Shown here: positions 1 to 10,615 of the stretch, piece after piece
Position numbering within the stretch: the first letter of the stretch is position 1
Layout: the number at the start of each line of letters is the position of its first letter
From: Coraliomargarita sp.
GTDB taxonomy: Bacteria > Verrucomicrobiota > Verrucomicrobiia > Opitutales > Coraliomargaritaceae
Direction: 5' to 3'
Length of the DNA: 64,000 bases
Assembly: GCA_965216325.1 (NCBI GenBank)
Contig: OZ244160.1
Location: forward strand, 1,920,001-1,984,000
Made by a program: the position numbers and the translations under genes
Notes under the pieces: model-generated
Told to the model about the DNA's origin: nothing
Seen by the model: the letters and a program-made list of their open reading frames with translations, nothing else
The model's database searches: none

Positions 1-3000
1 CTTCAGCCGTGATGAGGGGGCGACATTGTTTAGATCTGAAGGCGGTGGCAACACCGAGTCCATCGTCTGGGACGATCCAGAGGCGGGCGACTACACGCTG
101 ACTGTTATCGGTGAAAACCGTGGTAACTTCTACAATCTCCTTTGGGACATCACCTACTTCGAGGATAACTACGAAGAGAATGATACCCAAGCAGAAGCAT
201 TCGACCTAACAGGCTTTGAGCGTCGCTTGCTCAGCAAGCTGGATGGCTTGGGGATTCAGCGAGACGACGACTGGTATCGCATTCGTGCAAACGCCGACAC
301 GGCCGAGCTGCGCGTCATTGCGACCTTCAATCATAGCGCGGGTGATATTGACCTGTCGCTGTATGATTCGAATGGCGAGCTGGTGGACTTCTCCATCACT
401 ACCAACAACAACGAAGAGATCCGATTCCAGAATCCGAATGCGGACGACTACTTTGTGCGTGTCCATTTCGGCAATGGCGGTAATGAGTATGACTTGATCT
501 GGGCTGCGTTGGAGCCTTCTGCGGTCTCGCAAACAGAAGTGCCGGACGATGCCTACGAAGAGAACGATACGCGCGAGCAGCCTTATCCAATACTGGCGGA
601 CCAGCCGCGTCTGAGTCGCGACCAGGTAGATCAGGACGGTAATCTGACAGGTCTGGCGGTGCTTAAGGATGCCGACTGGTATGAAATTATCATTCCAGAG
701 GACAACACCGGCCTGCGCGTGGAGTGCACCTTCGATGACTCACTGGGTGATATCGACTTTGAGGTCTATGATCCGCTTGGCTTCCCGCTCTTTGTGCGTG
801 ATAGCACGACCGACAACGAACTCTTGGATGTTCGCACTCCGATTCCGGCAGGCACCTACACGATCCGTGTCTATGGCCCGGCTCTTGGAAACCAATACGA
901 CCTCTACTGGAGAGCTTACCTTGAGGATGCCTACGAAGAGAATGACAATGTAAACGAAGCATACGACATCAACACACTGCTTGGATCACCGCTATCCGAC
1001 AATGCAGTGCCGACTCTGGGTGATGAAGACTGGTTCAAGTTCAACGTCGATGGCGTGCAGCAATACGTGAAAGTCACGCTCGATTATCAGGATCTGGATG
1101 GCGCGATCAACTTCCACATCCTCGACTCGAACCGTAATATCATTGCGACAGCCGACTCTACTGAGGATCAGGACGTAGCCTTCCTGCAGGTTGCAAATGG
1201 CACGCACTACATTCAGGTGTATGGTGACTATGCTTACAACCCATACGATCTGACAGTTGAGGTCGTGGGTGATGACCAGTTTGAAGATAACGACGTTCGG
1301 GAAGATGCTGCGGATATTACTGATTTAGAGAATCAGAATATCTTCGCCGCTCAGTTCGACGACGACTGGTATAAATTCAGTGTTACTGAGTCGAATACCT
1401 TCCTGAATATCATCTGTAACTTCACACACGCGAACGGTAATATCGACTTGGCCGTTTATCGCATCGCTCAGGACAACAGTCTGGAACTACTTGGCAGTTC
1501 GACTACCGAACTGGACGGTGAAACCGTGAGCATCGAAGGCGACATCGGTGATTACCTGATTCACGTTACCGGCGATGACATCAATCCGAGATACGTGCTC
1601 AGATGGGGTGTCGATCTCGACGACCAATACGAGCCGAATGATGTTCCGGAGGAATCCGCTGATGTCACGCAGCTCGAGGGTGTTCAAATTGATGCGGTCC
1701 ATTTCGATGACGACTGGTTCGAGGTTGTGGTATCGCCAGGCTTCGTGAAGTTGACCGTGGATATTCTGTTCGAGCACGACGAGGGCAATCTGAACCTCTC
1801 GCTTTACAGTAAGGACGGCGAAGGCAACTTTGAACTCCTCTCTACCGTAGATAGCGAGACCAATAACGAAACACTCGTGTATCCGGTCGATCCGTTTGCG
1901 AGTGGCGATGTCTCTTACTATGTGCTGGTTGCCGGGCAGATTGGCACGGGTAACCCATATACGCTGATCTGGCAGACCTCAAATGAAGATAATTTTGAAG
2001 GAGAAGGTGGTAATAACATCTTCGAGGACGCCTCGACGGATTTGCTCGCTTCCGAAGGGCGGCGAATTTCACAAACCATTGGGTATGGTGGTGCTTTAGA
2101 TAATGATTGGTATCAAGTGGCGATCAATCCCGGCGATGACGGTATTATTATCGAAGCCTTCTTCATTCATACGGATGAGACCAATATTGACATCGAGTTG
2201 TTTAGTGCTGGTGGTACGTTCTTAGCGCGTTCGATTGGCTTTTCGAATGTTGAACGTATCCACTACAAAGGTGGACCAGGAACCTATTATCTTAAAATCT
2301 TTGGTAAGAGCGGTGAAAACCCTTACGACCTGATCTGGAACAGTTATAAGGAGGATAATCTGGAACTCGGTATCGAAGACGGACCGACCCCGACGAGCCC
2401 ACCGCAGAATGACTCGCCGGATACACCACGTGGTCTGGGACCATCTTTCTTTAAGGATCCGGAAATTAATGTATCGACTCGTGGCACCCGGGACTTGGAG
2501 TTCATCATCCTCGAAGAGATTACACAACTGGACGAGGACTGGTATGCGATCGAAGTCTTCGACGATGAAGACATCTTTATCCTGAACCTCGAATTCGAGC
2601 ACGATCAGGGCGACGTTGACGTAGCCTTGTATCGCGAGGTTGATGGTGGTGATCCGATCCTGGTTGCTCAGGCTGAAACCGAGACCGATGATGAGCAGAT
2701 TATTCTGCGTGATTTACCACCGGGAGATTACCTGATCTGTGTCTATGGCTTCGGCATCTTGAGTCCGAAATCGGATAGCAGCTGGGTTTCAGGGCGTGAA
2801 GATGGCTCAGGAGGCTGGATCCCGGGCACCTACGATCCGATTGTTCCGGAAGAATACAGCACCATCGTGGAAAATGACGCACCGGGCGGCTTCGACTATT
2901 ATGATTTGGCCGACAGCCATGCGCGTGGTTTGGCAAACACCTACTCCTTGCGTTGGCTGAGTTCGGCAGAGGATAGATATGATATCGAGACACCGTCAGC

Positions 3001-6000
3001 AGACGATGTGGAGATCAATGATAGCTTTGATACTGCTGCTGATCCAGTAGAGCTTTACGCGCAAGGTGTTGAAGGTGTCGAAGGATTGCTCGACCAGTTT
3101 GATGTGCAGGACGGGGACGGCATCATCGACGATACGACACGCACCGTATCTCTAGAAGGGCCGGATGGTAATGTAAGTCAGCCCTACAAGGCCTTCTACC
3201 GCTACCAAGACCTGGCACAGTTTGATGACGATTGGTTCAAGTTTACCATCAACACTGGAACTGATCACATATTCTTGGCTGCGATTAGTTTCAATCCGAA
3301 GCACGGCAATCTCGGAATTAGCGTTTATGATGCTGACAATAATCCTTTGGCTGAAGTCGAATCTTCTACAGCTGGAATCGAATTCATTACGATCGAAGGT
3401 GTCGGGGCAAAGACCTACTACGTGAAGGTTACCGGTAATGATCTTGGCGTGCCATACTCATTGTTGGTGAGTGGAGCCACGGATGACCTGTATGAAGAGA
3501 ATGACGACCTGGAACAGGCCGATGAACAGGCCAATATCACTCATCTGAATGGAGTGGACGGCAATGCTTCCTTTATCCAGCGAGATGACGATATCTTCAG
3601 AGTGGATATTCCTGAGCACCAAGTGCACTTGAATGTGTATGTCACCGGCTATGAATTCATTACGCCAAGTGTGGAAGTGGTGGATGCCAGTGGTAATCCG
3701 CTGCCGGGGGGCTATGAGCAGTCCGGAGGCACAACAAGCTTTGATAATATCAGCAGAGGTGTGATCTCGCCCGAAGCAGGCACCTACTACTTCAAGGTGA
3801 CAGGCATAGATGCCGGATTCCCATACACTTTAGAGTGGTCCTTTGATAATGAGGATGAGTATGAGGATTACAACTTCCTCAGTCACACAGCGTTTGATAA
3901 CAATACTCCAACCGATGCGTTTGATCTCACACGTTTCCGCTTGGAGCCGCTCTATCTCAGACCACCGGCACAGCAGCCGTTGGATCCGATTAAGGCATTC
4001 GGCTTTGACTATGGATTGCTCGGTGCCCTGACCTTGGGGGATCCTGGATACGATCCATTTGGCCATGCGATTCAGGACGACGACGACTGGTATTCGATCC
4101 AGATTCCGTCCTGGTTCTTAACCAATGCGAATAAGGGCAGCAAGACGGTTCAAGTCATCAAGCGACACTACTATGTGCGTTTGTTCGCTGAAATTGAATT
4201 CGACCATGTTGATGGTGATATCCAAATGGAGATTTGGGAAGACCATCCGGATGACGGCTTTACCCTGCTTGGGCGCTCAGAATCAAATGAAGATATTGAG
4301 TCGCTCAAGGTGCGTGTCGACCCGACCGATGAGGATCGTGTTTACTATATCCGTGTATACGGTGAGGATAAAGCGAACGACTATAGCTTGAAGTGGGATG
4401 TCACGAAGGTAGATGCTTACGAAGAGCTTGAAGACCTCGACGACCGCAACGATACCAATGGTTTCGTTAACAAAGCTTACAACCTGACCAATGCTGATGG
4501 TAACTCGACTGAAGGCACATGGCTGCACGAGGTTGAGTATCTACAGGATGTGAATGGTGATAATATCATCAATCTCACGGACGGTGGTGTGACCAGTGCA
4601 AACGGTTATGGTGTGCACGGCAGCGAGGATGACTGGTATGCCGTGGTGGTTTCCGAAGGTTCGACACAGATTGAAGTCGGTGCACGCTTCTACTCGGATG
4701 ATGATCAGTTCTATGAATACGCTCCGGACGAGCTGGATATCGACTTCGAAGTCTACTTCCTTGCCGGGAATGACAACGATCCGACCACGGATGACTTGCG
4801 TAAGCCGGTCTTGGTCGGACGCTCTACCGGCGATACGGATCAAAGTCTGTTTGTGGGCACCGGTGCGGAATCCCATCAGCTCCCTGCCGGTGGTGATATC
4901 ACGACCGAGATCCTCGAAAATCTGGAGCTAAATGGTGAGCAATACGTAGTCACCGAGGCTTACGATGTCGAGGAGCCGGGTATCTACTTCATCCGTATTT
5001 ACTACGATAATCGCAACCACCCATATACCTTTATCTGGGATGATATCGGCGATACGAGTAACGAAGGTGATGCGGATATCATTGAGGACTACTTGACCGG
5101 TAACTGGAGCTTCGAGATCCCGGATGATGACAGCTACGAAGAGAATGACACTCTTGGCACGGCCTTCCTACTTTCTGCCGAACAACCGCGCCTATCCAGA
5201 CTTGATGGTCGCGGCATCCAGAAAGACGAAGACTGGTATGCATTTGATGTGCCGGAGGGCAATACCGGCCTGACGATCGAATGCTTGTTCGATGATCGCA
5301 CCGGCCCGATCGACTTCGAGTTCCTGAACTCCGCAGGTGAAGTGCTCCACACTCTTGAGAGTGATACCGACAACGAGCTTCTCGTAATCGATACGCCGGT
5401 CGACGCGGGCACTTACTACGTCCGTGTCTACGGTGCGAACCTGGGCACGATTTACGACCTGTATTGGCGTGCACATGTCGAAGACGTTTACGAAGAGAAT
5501 GACTCTTCAGAAGAAGCCTTCGATATTACCTCGGAGGAAACTGTCACCGAACTGGGTGTGCCGCTTTCGCAGAATGCGATGCCGACCTTGACTGACGAGG
5601 ACTGGTTCCAGTTCACAATTGAGGGAGAGAATCCATATCTACAGGTCAGACTCGACTACCTTGAGGTCGATGGCGCGATTGATTTCGAAGTTCTCGATGC
5701 GGATCTGAATGTGCTCGCGACAGCCGATTCAACCGATGATAGCGAGATAGTATTCATTCTTGTTTCGTCAGGGCTCCATTACATTCGAGTGTATGGTGAC
5801 TATGCTCAAAACCCTTACGACCTCACGGTCTCGGTCTTTGGCTTCGACGACGAGTATGAAGACAACGATACTCTGGCTACGGCCACTCCGATTGGAGGCC
5901 TGCCTCTGGTTGAGGCGGCTCAATACGACGACGACTGGTATCAAGTGCCGGTTATCCCCGCATTCGGCCGACTTCAGGTGGACGTTTTGTTCGACGGAGA

Positions 6001-9000
6001 CAATGGCAATATCGACCTCGAAGTCTACGATAGTAACAACGGCTTGCTGATCCCGCAAACCAGCTCAGATCTGGAAGACGCGGTATCTTTCGAACTCGAT
6101 GTTGCTGCGGGAGATTATTACATCCGCGTCTTTGGCGATAATCGTAATCCGCTCTATCAGTTGACATGGAACCTGATTGCAGACGACGGCTTCGAGCAAA
6201 ATGACGTGTCGGACGATGCGGCGATTCTAGGGATCGGAACTGAAGACGTAGCTCAAAACGCTGTGCAGCTGGATGACGATTGGTATCGAGTTCCGGTGTT
6301 TGCAGCAGACCTGACTCTTAGTGTCGATCTGGTGTTTGCGCATGTGAACGGCAATATCGATCTGGAGATCTACGACGCATTCGATCTCGAAACGCCGCTT
6401 GGCATTGCGAATAGTCTGAATGATAACGAGTCGCTGACAGTCCCTGCCAGCTTGGAAAATGCCGTCTACTACATCCGTGTTCTGGGCAGCAATGTGGGCA
6501 ATAACTACACCTTGACATGGAATGCAAGTGTCGAGGACATCTACGAAGGAGAACGAGGTAACAACACCTTCGACGAGGCTTCCAAGGTGCTACTCGATGC
6601 CAAGGGACGTTTCGCTTCCGATACGACAGGCTTCGCAAGTTCGACTGATGAAGACTGGTATGAGATCGAAGTGGCTCCTGGCGACGATCAGTTGACCGTT
6701 TCGGTTGCTTATGAAACGCCGACATTCGGCAACGTCTTTGTCGAACTCTTCGAAGTGGTCGGTGGTCGCGAGCGACGTATCTCTAACGCGGTTGCAGTTG
6801 CGAGCAGTCCAGCCTACTTCCCGTGGGCGGACAAGACGGACCCGACTGAGAGCGAAGTGAAGCATATCGGAGTCGAAGGCTTGAGCGCCGGAACCTACTA
6901 CATCCGTGTGTTCGGTGATCTCTTCGGCACCACCTACGATCTGATCTGGAATAGCAGTTCGGAAGATGGTCTTGAGATCTCCCGTGATAACGAAGGCAAT
7001 ATCTACCACAATGATGGGCTCAACGCTACGGAAGGTGACGGCCTTGCGCCACAGGTGCTCTACGACGGTTTGATTGATCGTGAGCTTCTTCTCCTTCAAG
7101 GCACACTCTTTGATGAGGATTGGTATTTCATCGCGAGTGTGGACCCCGATGAGGACTTGGTGGTCGAGGTGGAATTCGATCATGAGATGGGTGATATCGA
7201 TATGCAGCTTTACGGCGGCGAGCTTGGTGTGCCATTGCTTGCTAGCTCGACGACGCTTACGAATAAGGAGCGTATCGTATATCCTGGTTCAAACGCAGGC
7301 TTCTACATCAGAGTCTTTGGCACTCGGGGGAACACCTATTCGCTTCGCTTCAATATGGTCAAAGAAGACACCTACGAAGAGAACGACCTTGCGGATGGCA
7401 CAGACGCCTATGATTTAACCACTGCGAATGATGATACTCAGGGGGGAATACCTGTTTCGCTGAATAGTATTCCGCTGTCTGATTTGCGCGACGGTCGTAT
7501 CTTTGTCGAGGACCCTGATGCGATCCTGCCTAGCGATAACTACGGTGATTTCGGTGTCCAATTGGATGACGACTGGTTCTCGGTTGATATGACGGGAACG
7601 GAAGCAGTTCTCGTCGTGAACTTGTCACATGGCACGAATGCAGTCGGCAATCTCGACTTGCAGCTCTATGTTCAGGGGGCTGATGGCCTCGAGCTGATCT
7701 CTACAGCTGATGAGGGCAATGGCGTTGAGACGCTTACGATTCCTCAGCCGGAAGCCGAAAGATATTACTTCCGTGTCTATGGTGATGACTTCGGCACGAC
7801 CTATGACCTCGTCTGGCGCACCTATGTGGATGATAGTTTTGAAGAAAACGATGCGCTGGAATCTGCTGTGGATATTACCGCGAATCGCGACCTAGGTCTT
7901 GGTGCGTCCTTCTTTGAAGACGATCCGGATAATCGACGTTATCTGAGTGAAATCGAAACCAATGGTATTGGTCCGGTCCAACGCGATGCGGATTACTATA
8001 AGATCACCATACCGGAAGATCAGATTGAGATTGTGGTTGATTGGATTCCGCAGCTGCTCACTGAAGATCTAAGCGTCTCAATTCTCGGTCCTGATGGTCA
8101 AGTGCTTGTGACTGAAGATGCTGCGCAGCGAATTGCGTTCAATCTTGCAGAGGAGGGGCTGGTTCGCCCGGGCGGTGATTTCTATATCCGAGTGACCGGT
8201 GATGATCTTGGCTCTTCGTATGACTTCTCATGGAGCTATCACAATGTGGATAACTATGACGACGGTTCGCTCTTGAGCGATCTATCGATCGGCATGCTAC
8301 TGCCTCCATTCGATCCACAGAAGGACCCTCCATATCGCTTGCCAATGACCCAGCTCAATGATCTCGATGGGAATGCCGGGCTTGGTCCTCAGGGTGGATC
8401 GACACCCGGTGCGGGGTATGCGATTCAGGCTAGTGACGATTACTACTTGATCACCGTGCCTGCATGGACGCACTACCGTGAGAACAATGAGGATGTATTG
8501 CGCCCAACCTGGCACGCACAGCTGACCGTTGAGGTCTTCGACTTCGACCGTTCTCAAGGCAACATTCAGTTTGAAATTACGGATGAGCAGACTGGGTTGG
8601 TCGTGAGTTCGACCAGCGCGGATACGAATGCAGAGCGTTTCTCAGGTCGCGAGATCGTAACGGTGCCTTCTTGGCCGAACATACTCGATAACCCGGGTGT
8701 TGACGGTTCGCCGACGCCTCAGTTCACGATTCGTGTCTTTGGTGATAATGCCGCAAACAGCTACGATTTGAAGTGGTCCGTCTCTCTGGATGACGGCTAT
8801 GAAGATAACAACTTCATCGACCGCTACTTCGATCTCACCGATGGTGAGGATAGCTGGCTGAGCCTGAGAAGTATCGACGGCGATGGCATCGGCGATGGTA
8901 TGGGCACCCAGTTGGACGACGACTGGTTCATGATTGTTGTCTCTGATGGTAGCCCTGAGTTGCACATCGATAGCATCTTCCGTGCAGCCGATGGTGATAT

Positions 9001-9664
9001 CGATCTGGAACTCTATCAACTGGTGCTCTCGGACCCTGAAGGTATTGATGGTTCTGTTCGTAAGCCGCAATTGATACTTGCTGATGGGGCGCATACGCTC
9101 GAACCGCCGATTGATGGCCTTGAGCCTGAGGAAGGTGTCGAAGGTATCAGTGTGCTGGACCCAGATGCAGGTATCTACTTCGTCCGTGTCACCGGTGCGA
9201 ATCGGGGCAACCCATATAATCTGTATTGGAGGGACTCTGTGGATGATCCTGATGGCGATGAGGCCTACCTGAATGAAACGTGGTCCTTCGATATCCCGCA
9301 GCTCTTACTCGCGGAGCCATATGTCAACGCGGATGGTGATATCTTCGCCAACTGGGCAGAGTTCGCCCTCGGCTTGGATCCAAACCAGGCAGACGCGCCA
9401 GTCTTCTCGCAGCAGCAGGAACAAATCGGTGGCGAAGATTATTACGTCTTCAGCTTCCTGCGCCGTAAGGATGCAGTGGTCGGTGGCTACCAGTTCATCG
9501 TTTACGAAAGTGAAGACATGAACTTCGGCACTGACGAAGCAGTATTAGTCCGTAGCGAAGATGTTGGCTTCGATCTCGAACGCGTGTTCTTCCGTAGCTC
9601 CAAGCCGCTGGACGAACAGGACAAGTGCTTCTTCCGTCTGACCGTTCGCGAGCCTTCAGATTAA
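1..9664 (+). CDS. Giant acidic extracellular/surface protein, about 22 tandem PPC-like (pre-peptidase C-terminal-like) beta-sandwich repeats plus a Verrucomicrobia-type C-terminal domain; 5' end lies outside the window
   Basis: Frame is open from the window edge (track start 26). Repeated motif D-x-Y/F-E-x-N-D...D-D/E-D-W-Y/F...F-x-H-x-x-G-D/N-I-D-L...G-x-Y-Y-I-R-V-x-G...Y-x-L-x-W. C-terminus NADGD..N..EFALGLDP...Y.F.V..S.D...FFRLTV. Confidence 0.85.
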   Translation, partial: FSRDEGATLFRSEGGGNTESIVWDDPEAGDYTLTVIGENRGNFYNLLWDITYFEDNYEENDTQAEAFDLTGFERRLLSKLDGLGIQRDDDWYRIRANADTAELRVIATFNHSAGDIDLSLYDSNGELVDFSITTNNNEEIRFQNPNADDYFVRVHFGNGGNEYDLIWAALEPSAVSQTEVPDDAYEENDTREQPYPILADQPRLSRDQVDQDGNLTGLAVLKDADWYEIIIPEDNTGLRVECTFDDSLGDIDFEVYDPLGFPLFVRDSTTDNELLDVRTPIPAGTYTIRVYGPALGNQYDLYWRAYLEDAYEENDNVNEAYDINTLLGSPLSDNAVPTLGDEDWFKFNVDGVQQYVKVTLDYQDLDGAINFHILDSNRNIIATADSTEDQDVAFLQVANGTHYIQVYGDYAYNPYDLTVEVVGDDQFEDNDVREDAADITDLENQNIFAAQFDDDWYKFSVTESNTFLNIICNFTHANGNIDLAVYRIAQDNSLELLGSSTTELDGETVSIEGDIGDYLIHVTGDDINPRYVLRWGVDLDDQYEPNDVPEESADVTQLEGVQIDAVHFDDDWFEVVVSPGFVKLTVDILFEHDEGNLNLSLYSKDGEGNFELLSTVDSETNNETLVYPVDPFASGDVSYYVLVAGQIGTGNPYTLIWQTSNEDNFEGEGGNNIFEDASTDLLASEGRRISQTIGYGGALDNDWYQVAINPGDDGIIIEAFFIHTDETNIDIELFSAGGTFLARSIGFSNVERIHYKGGPGTYYLKIFGKSGENPYDLIWNSYKEDNLELGIEDGPTPTSPPQNDSPDTPRGLGPSFFKDPEINVSTRGTRDLEFIILEEITQLDEDWYAIEVFDDEDIFILNLEFEHDQGDVDVALYREVDGGDPILVAQAETETDDEQIILRDLPPGDYLICVYGFGILSPKSDSSWVSGREDGSGGWIPGTYDPIVPEEYSTIVENDAPGGFDYYDLADSHARGLANTYSLRWLSSAEDRYDIETPSADDVEINDSFDTAADPVELYAQGVEGVEGLLDQFDVQDGDGIIDDTTRTVSLEGPDGNVSQPYKAFYRYQDLAQFDDDWFKFTINTGTDHIFLAAISFNPKHGNLGISVYDADNNPLAEVESSTAGIEFITIEGVGAKTYYVKVTGNDLGVPYSLLVSGATDDLYEENDDLEQADEQANITHLNGVDGNASFIQRDDDIFRVDIPEHQVHLNVYVTGYEFITPSVEVVDASGNPLPGGYEQSGGTTSFDNISRGVISPEAGTYYFKVTGIDAGFPYTLEWSFDNEDEYEDYNFLSHTAFDNNTPTDAFDLTRFRLEPLYLRPPAQQPLDPIKAFGFDYGLLGALTLGDPGYDPFGHAIQDDDDWYSIQIPSWFLTNANKGSKTVQVIKRHYYVRLFAEIEFDHVDGDIQMEIWEDHPDDGFTLLGRSESNEDIESLKVRVDPTDEDRVYYIRVYGEDKANDYSLKWDVTKVDAYEELEDLDDRNDTNGFVNKAYNLTNADGNSTEGTWLHEVEYLQDVNGDNIINLTDGGVTSANGYGVHGSEDDWYAVVVSEGSTQIEVGARFYSDDDQFYEYAPDELDIDFEVYFLAGNDNDPTTDDLRKPVLVGRSTGDTDQSLFVGTGAESHQLPAGGDITTEILENLELNGEQYVVTEAYDVEEPGIYFIRIYYDNRNHPYTFIWDDIGDTSNEGDADIIEDYLTGNWSFEIPDDDSYEENDTLGTAFLLSAEQPRLSRLDGRGIQKDEDWYAFDVPEGNTGLTIECLFDDRTGPIDFEFLNSAGEVLHTLESDTDNELLVIDTPVDAGTYYVRVYGANLGTIYDLYWRAHVEDVYEENDSSEEAFDITSEETVTELGVPLSQNAMPTLTDEDWFQFTIEGENPYLQVRLDYLEVDGAIDFEVLDADLNVLATADSTDDSEIVFILVSSGLHYIRVYGDYAQNPYDLTVSVFGFDDEYEDNDTLATATPIGGLPLVEAAQYDDDWYQVPVIPAFGRLQVDVLFDGDNGNIDLEVYDSNNGLLIPQTSSDLEDAVSFELDVAAGDYYIRVFGDNRNPLYQLTWNLIADDGFEQNDVSDDAAILGIGTEDVAQNAVQLDDDWYRVPVFAADLTLSVDLVFAHVNGNIDLEIYDAFDLETPLGIANSLNDNESLTVPASLENAVYYIRVLGSNVGNNYTLTWNASVEDIYEGERGNNTFDEASKVLLDAKGRFASDTTGFASSTDEDWYEIEVAPGDDQLTVSVAYETPTFGNVFVELFEVVGGRERRISNAVAVASSPAYFPWADKTDPTESEVKHIGVEGLSAGTYYIRVFGDLFGTTYDLIWNSSSEDGLEISRDNEGNIYHNDGLNATEGDGLAPQVLYDGLIDRELLLLQGTLFDEDWYFIASVDPDEDLVVEVEFDHEMGDIDMQLYGGELGVPLLASSTTLTNKERIVYPGSNAGFYIRVFGTRGNTYSLRFNMVKEDTYEENDLADGTDAYDLTTANDDTQGGIPVSLNSIPLSDLRDGRIFVEDPDAILPSDNYGDFGVQLDDDWFSVDMTGTEAVLVVNLSHGTNAVGNLDLQLYVQGADGLELISTADEGNGVETLTIPQPEAERYYFRVYGDDFGTTYDLVWRTYVDDSFEENDALESAVDITANRDLGLGASFFEDDPDNRRYLSEIETNGIGPVQRDADYYKITIPEDQIEIVVDWIPQLLTEDLSVSILGPDGQVLVTEDAAQRIAFNLAEEGLVRPGGDFYIRVTGDDLGSSYDFSWSYHNVDNYDDGSLLSDLSIGMLLPPFDPQKDPPYRLPMTQLNDLDGNAGLGPQGGSTPGAGYAIQASDDYYLITVPAWTHYRENNEDVLRPTWHAQLTVEVFDFDRSQGNIQFEITDEQTGLVVSSTSADTNAERFSGREIVTVPSWPNILDNPGVDGSPTPQFTIRVFGDNAANSYDLKWSVSLDDGYEDNNFIDRYFDLTDGEDSWLSLRSIDGDGIGDGMGTQLDDDWFMIVVSDGSPELHIDSIFRAADGDIDLELYQLVLSDPEGIDGSVRKPQLILADGAHTLEPPIDGLEPEEGVEGISVLDPDAGIYFVRVTGANRGNPYNLYWRDSVDDPDGDEAYLNETWSFDIPQLLLAEPYVNADGDIFANWAEFALGLDPNQADAPVFSQQQEQIGGEDYYVFSFLRRKDAVVGGYQFIVYESEDMNFGTDEAVLVRSEDVGFDLERVFFRSSKPLDEQDKCFFRLTVREPSD

Positions 9665-9682
9665 GCTCAAGACCTCTTATTC

Positions 9683-9715
9683 AAAAGCCCGACTCGGATG
9701 GAGTCGGGCTTTTTT
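9683..9715 (+). terminator. Rho-independent terminator of the giant protein gene
   Basis: AAAAGCCCGACTC-ggatg-GAGTCGGGCTTTTTT about 20 nt after the stop codon. Confidence 0.85.
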
Positions 9716-9732
9716 ACGTCTAGTGCAAATCC

Positions 9733-9756
9733 GTAGCATCAGCGGTCACGCTGATG
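9733..9756 (+). repeat. GTAG-type REP-like palindrome
   Basis: GTAG-CATCAGCG-gtca-CGCTGATG. Confidence 0.55.
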
Positions 9757-9836
9757 GTTGAGCCACCTTTACGGCTCAAGATGTTGGCGAACCGTCCTTG
9801 TGTTTTAATCCAAACGGGTCTAGGTTGAGACTTACT

Positions 9837-10151
9837 ATGATCGATCTCGTTAAGAAAACAATGTTGGCTGGCGTGGGTCTGGCCGTCGTGACGAAAGACA
9901 AAGTCGTTGAGTCACTCGATGAACTGGTGGAAAAGGGCAAGTTGACCAAGGAAGAGGCTGCCGCGATGTCTGAAAAGATTGTCGAAGAGGGCAAAGCGGA
10001 AACCGAGAAGGCGAAGGCCGAGGCAGGCAAGCTCTTTAGCGAAATGCTGAACCGTGCAAATGTGGTGACCAAGGATCAATATGATGCCTTAGCAGCCCGT
10101 GTGACCGAGCTCGAGGGGAAGCTGCATAAGGAGTTCCCAAACAGCGACTGA
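9837..10151 (+). CDS. Phasin-like protein (PHA granule-associated / PhaI-like family)
   Basis: MIDLVKKTMLAGVGLAVVTKDK..LDELVEKGKLT.EEA...VTKDQYDALAARVTELE; this family is commonly paired with an ABC1/UbiB kinase. Confidence 0.75.
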   Translation: MIDLVKKTMLAGVGLAVVTKDKVVESLDELVEKGKLTKEEAAAMSEKIVEEGKAETEKAKAEAGKLFSEMLNRANVVTKDQYDALAARVTELEGKLHKEFPNSD

Positions 10152-10165
10152 AGTCGCTGTTTGGA

Positions 10166-10197
10166 GTGTGAAGGTGGGAATGTGCAAAGGTATGAAG
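10166..10197 (+). repeat. Left arm: four degenerate 8-mers (consensus roughly GTRNGAAG)
   Basis: gtgtgaag gtgggaat gtgcaaag gtatgaag. Confidence 0.75.
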
Positions 10198-10206
10198 GTT
10201 GTTTGA

Positions 10207-10557
10207 ATGACTGACTTTGCGGAACGCTTTGAAGACCTTCGGATATGGCAGCAGGCTCGCCAGTTAGCGAATGCTGTTTACGAAACACTTGGTGACTTGC
10301 GCGATTATGGGTTTCGCGACCAGATCCTGCGTGCGTCGGTTTCTACGATGAACAATATTGCTGAAGGGTTCGAGCGTCGCACATCGCGAGACTTCGGTCA
10401 CTTTCTGGATATTGCTAAGGGCTCATGCGGCGAGGTCCGTAGCATGCTTTATTTGGCTGAAGATCTAAACTACATGAAGCCAGAAGTAGCCGCTCAGCTC
10501 AGGGGAAATCTCGTGACGCTTTCTTCAGGAATCGCAGCCTTTCGTCGGAAACTTTAA
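10207..10557 (+). CDS. Four helix bundle protein (23S rRNA intervening-sequence protein family)
   Basis: FEDLRIWQ.A...DQILRASVSTMNNIAEGFER...F..FLDIAKGSCGEVRS.LYLA.DL.Y. Confidence 0.92.
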   Translation: MTDFAERFEDLRIWQQARQLANAVYETLGDLRDYGFRDQILRASVSTMNNIAEGFERRTSRDFGHFLDIAKGSCGEVRSMLYLAEDLNYMKPEVAAQLRGNLVTLSSGIAAFRRKL

Positions 10558-10599
10558 TACTTTGCTACTTTCACACCTTTAACCTTCCCACTTTCCCAC
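10558..10599 (-). repeat. Right arm: inverted copies of the same 8-mer
   Basis: Reverse complement reads gtgggaaa gtgggaag gttaaag gtgtgaaa gtagcaaa. Confidence 0.75.
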
Positions 10600-10615
10600 C
10601 AAGGCAACGCCTTCC

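Noticed and set aside
10207..10557. Diversity-generating retroelement (Avd-like gene, with an FGE-domain gene at 28494 as a possible target)
   Set aside because: No reverse transcriptase and no template/variable repeat pair with adenine-specific differences was seen in the window.
10166..10599. 23S rRNA gene with an intervening sequence
   Set aside because: The flanks are protein-coding genes and no rRNA-like sequence was recognised.
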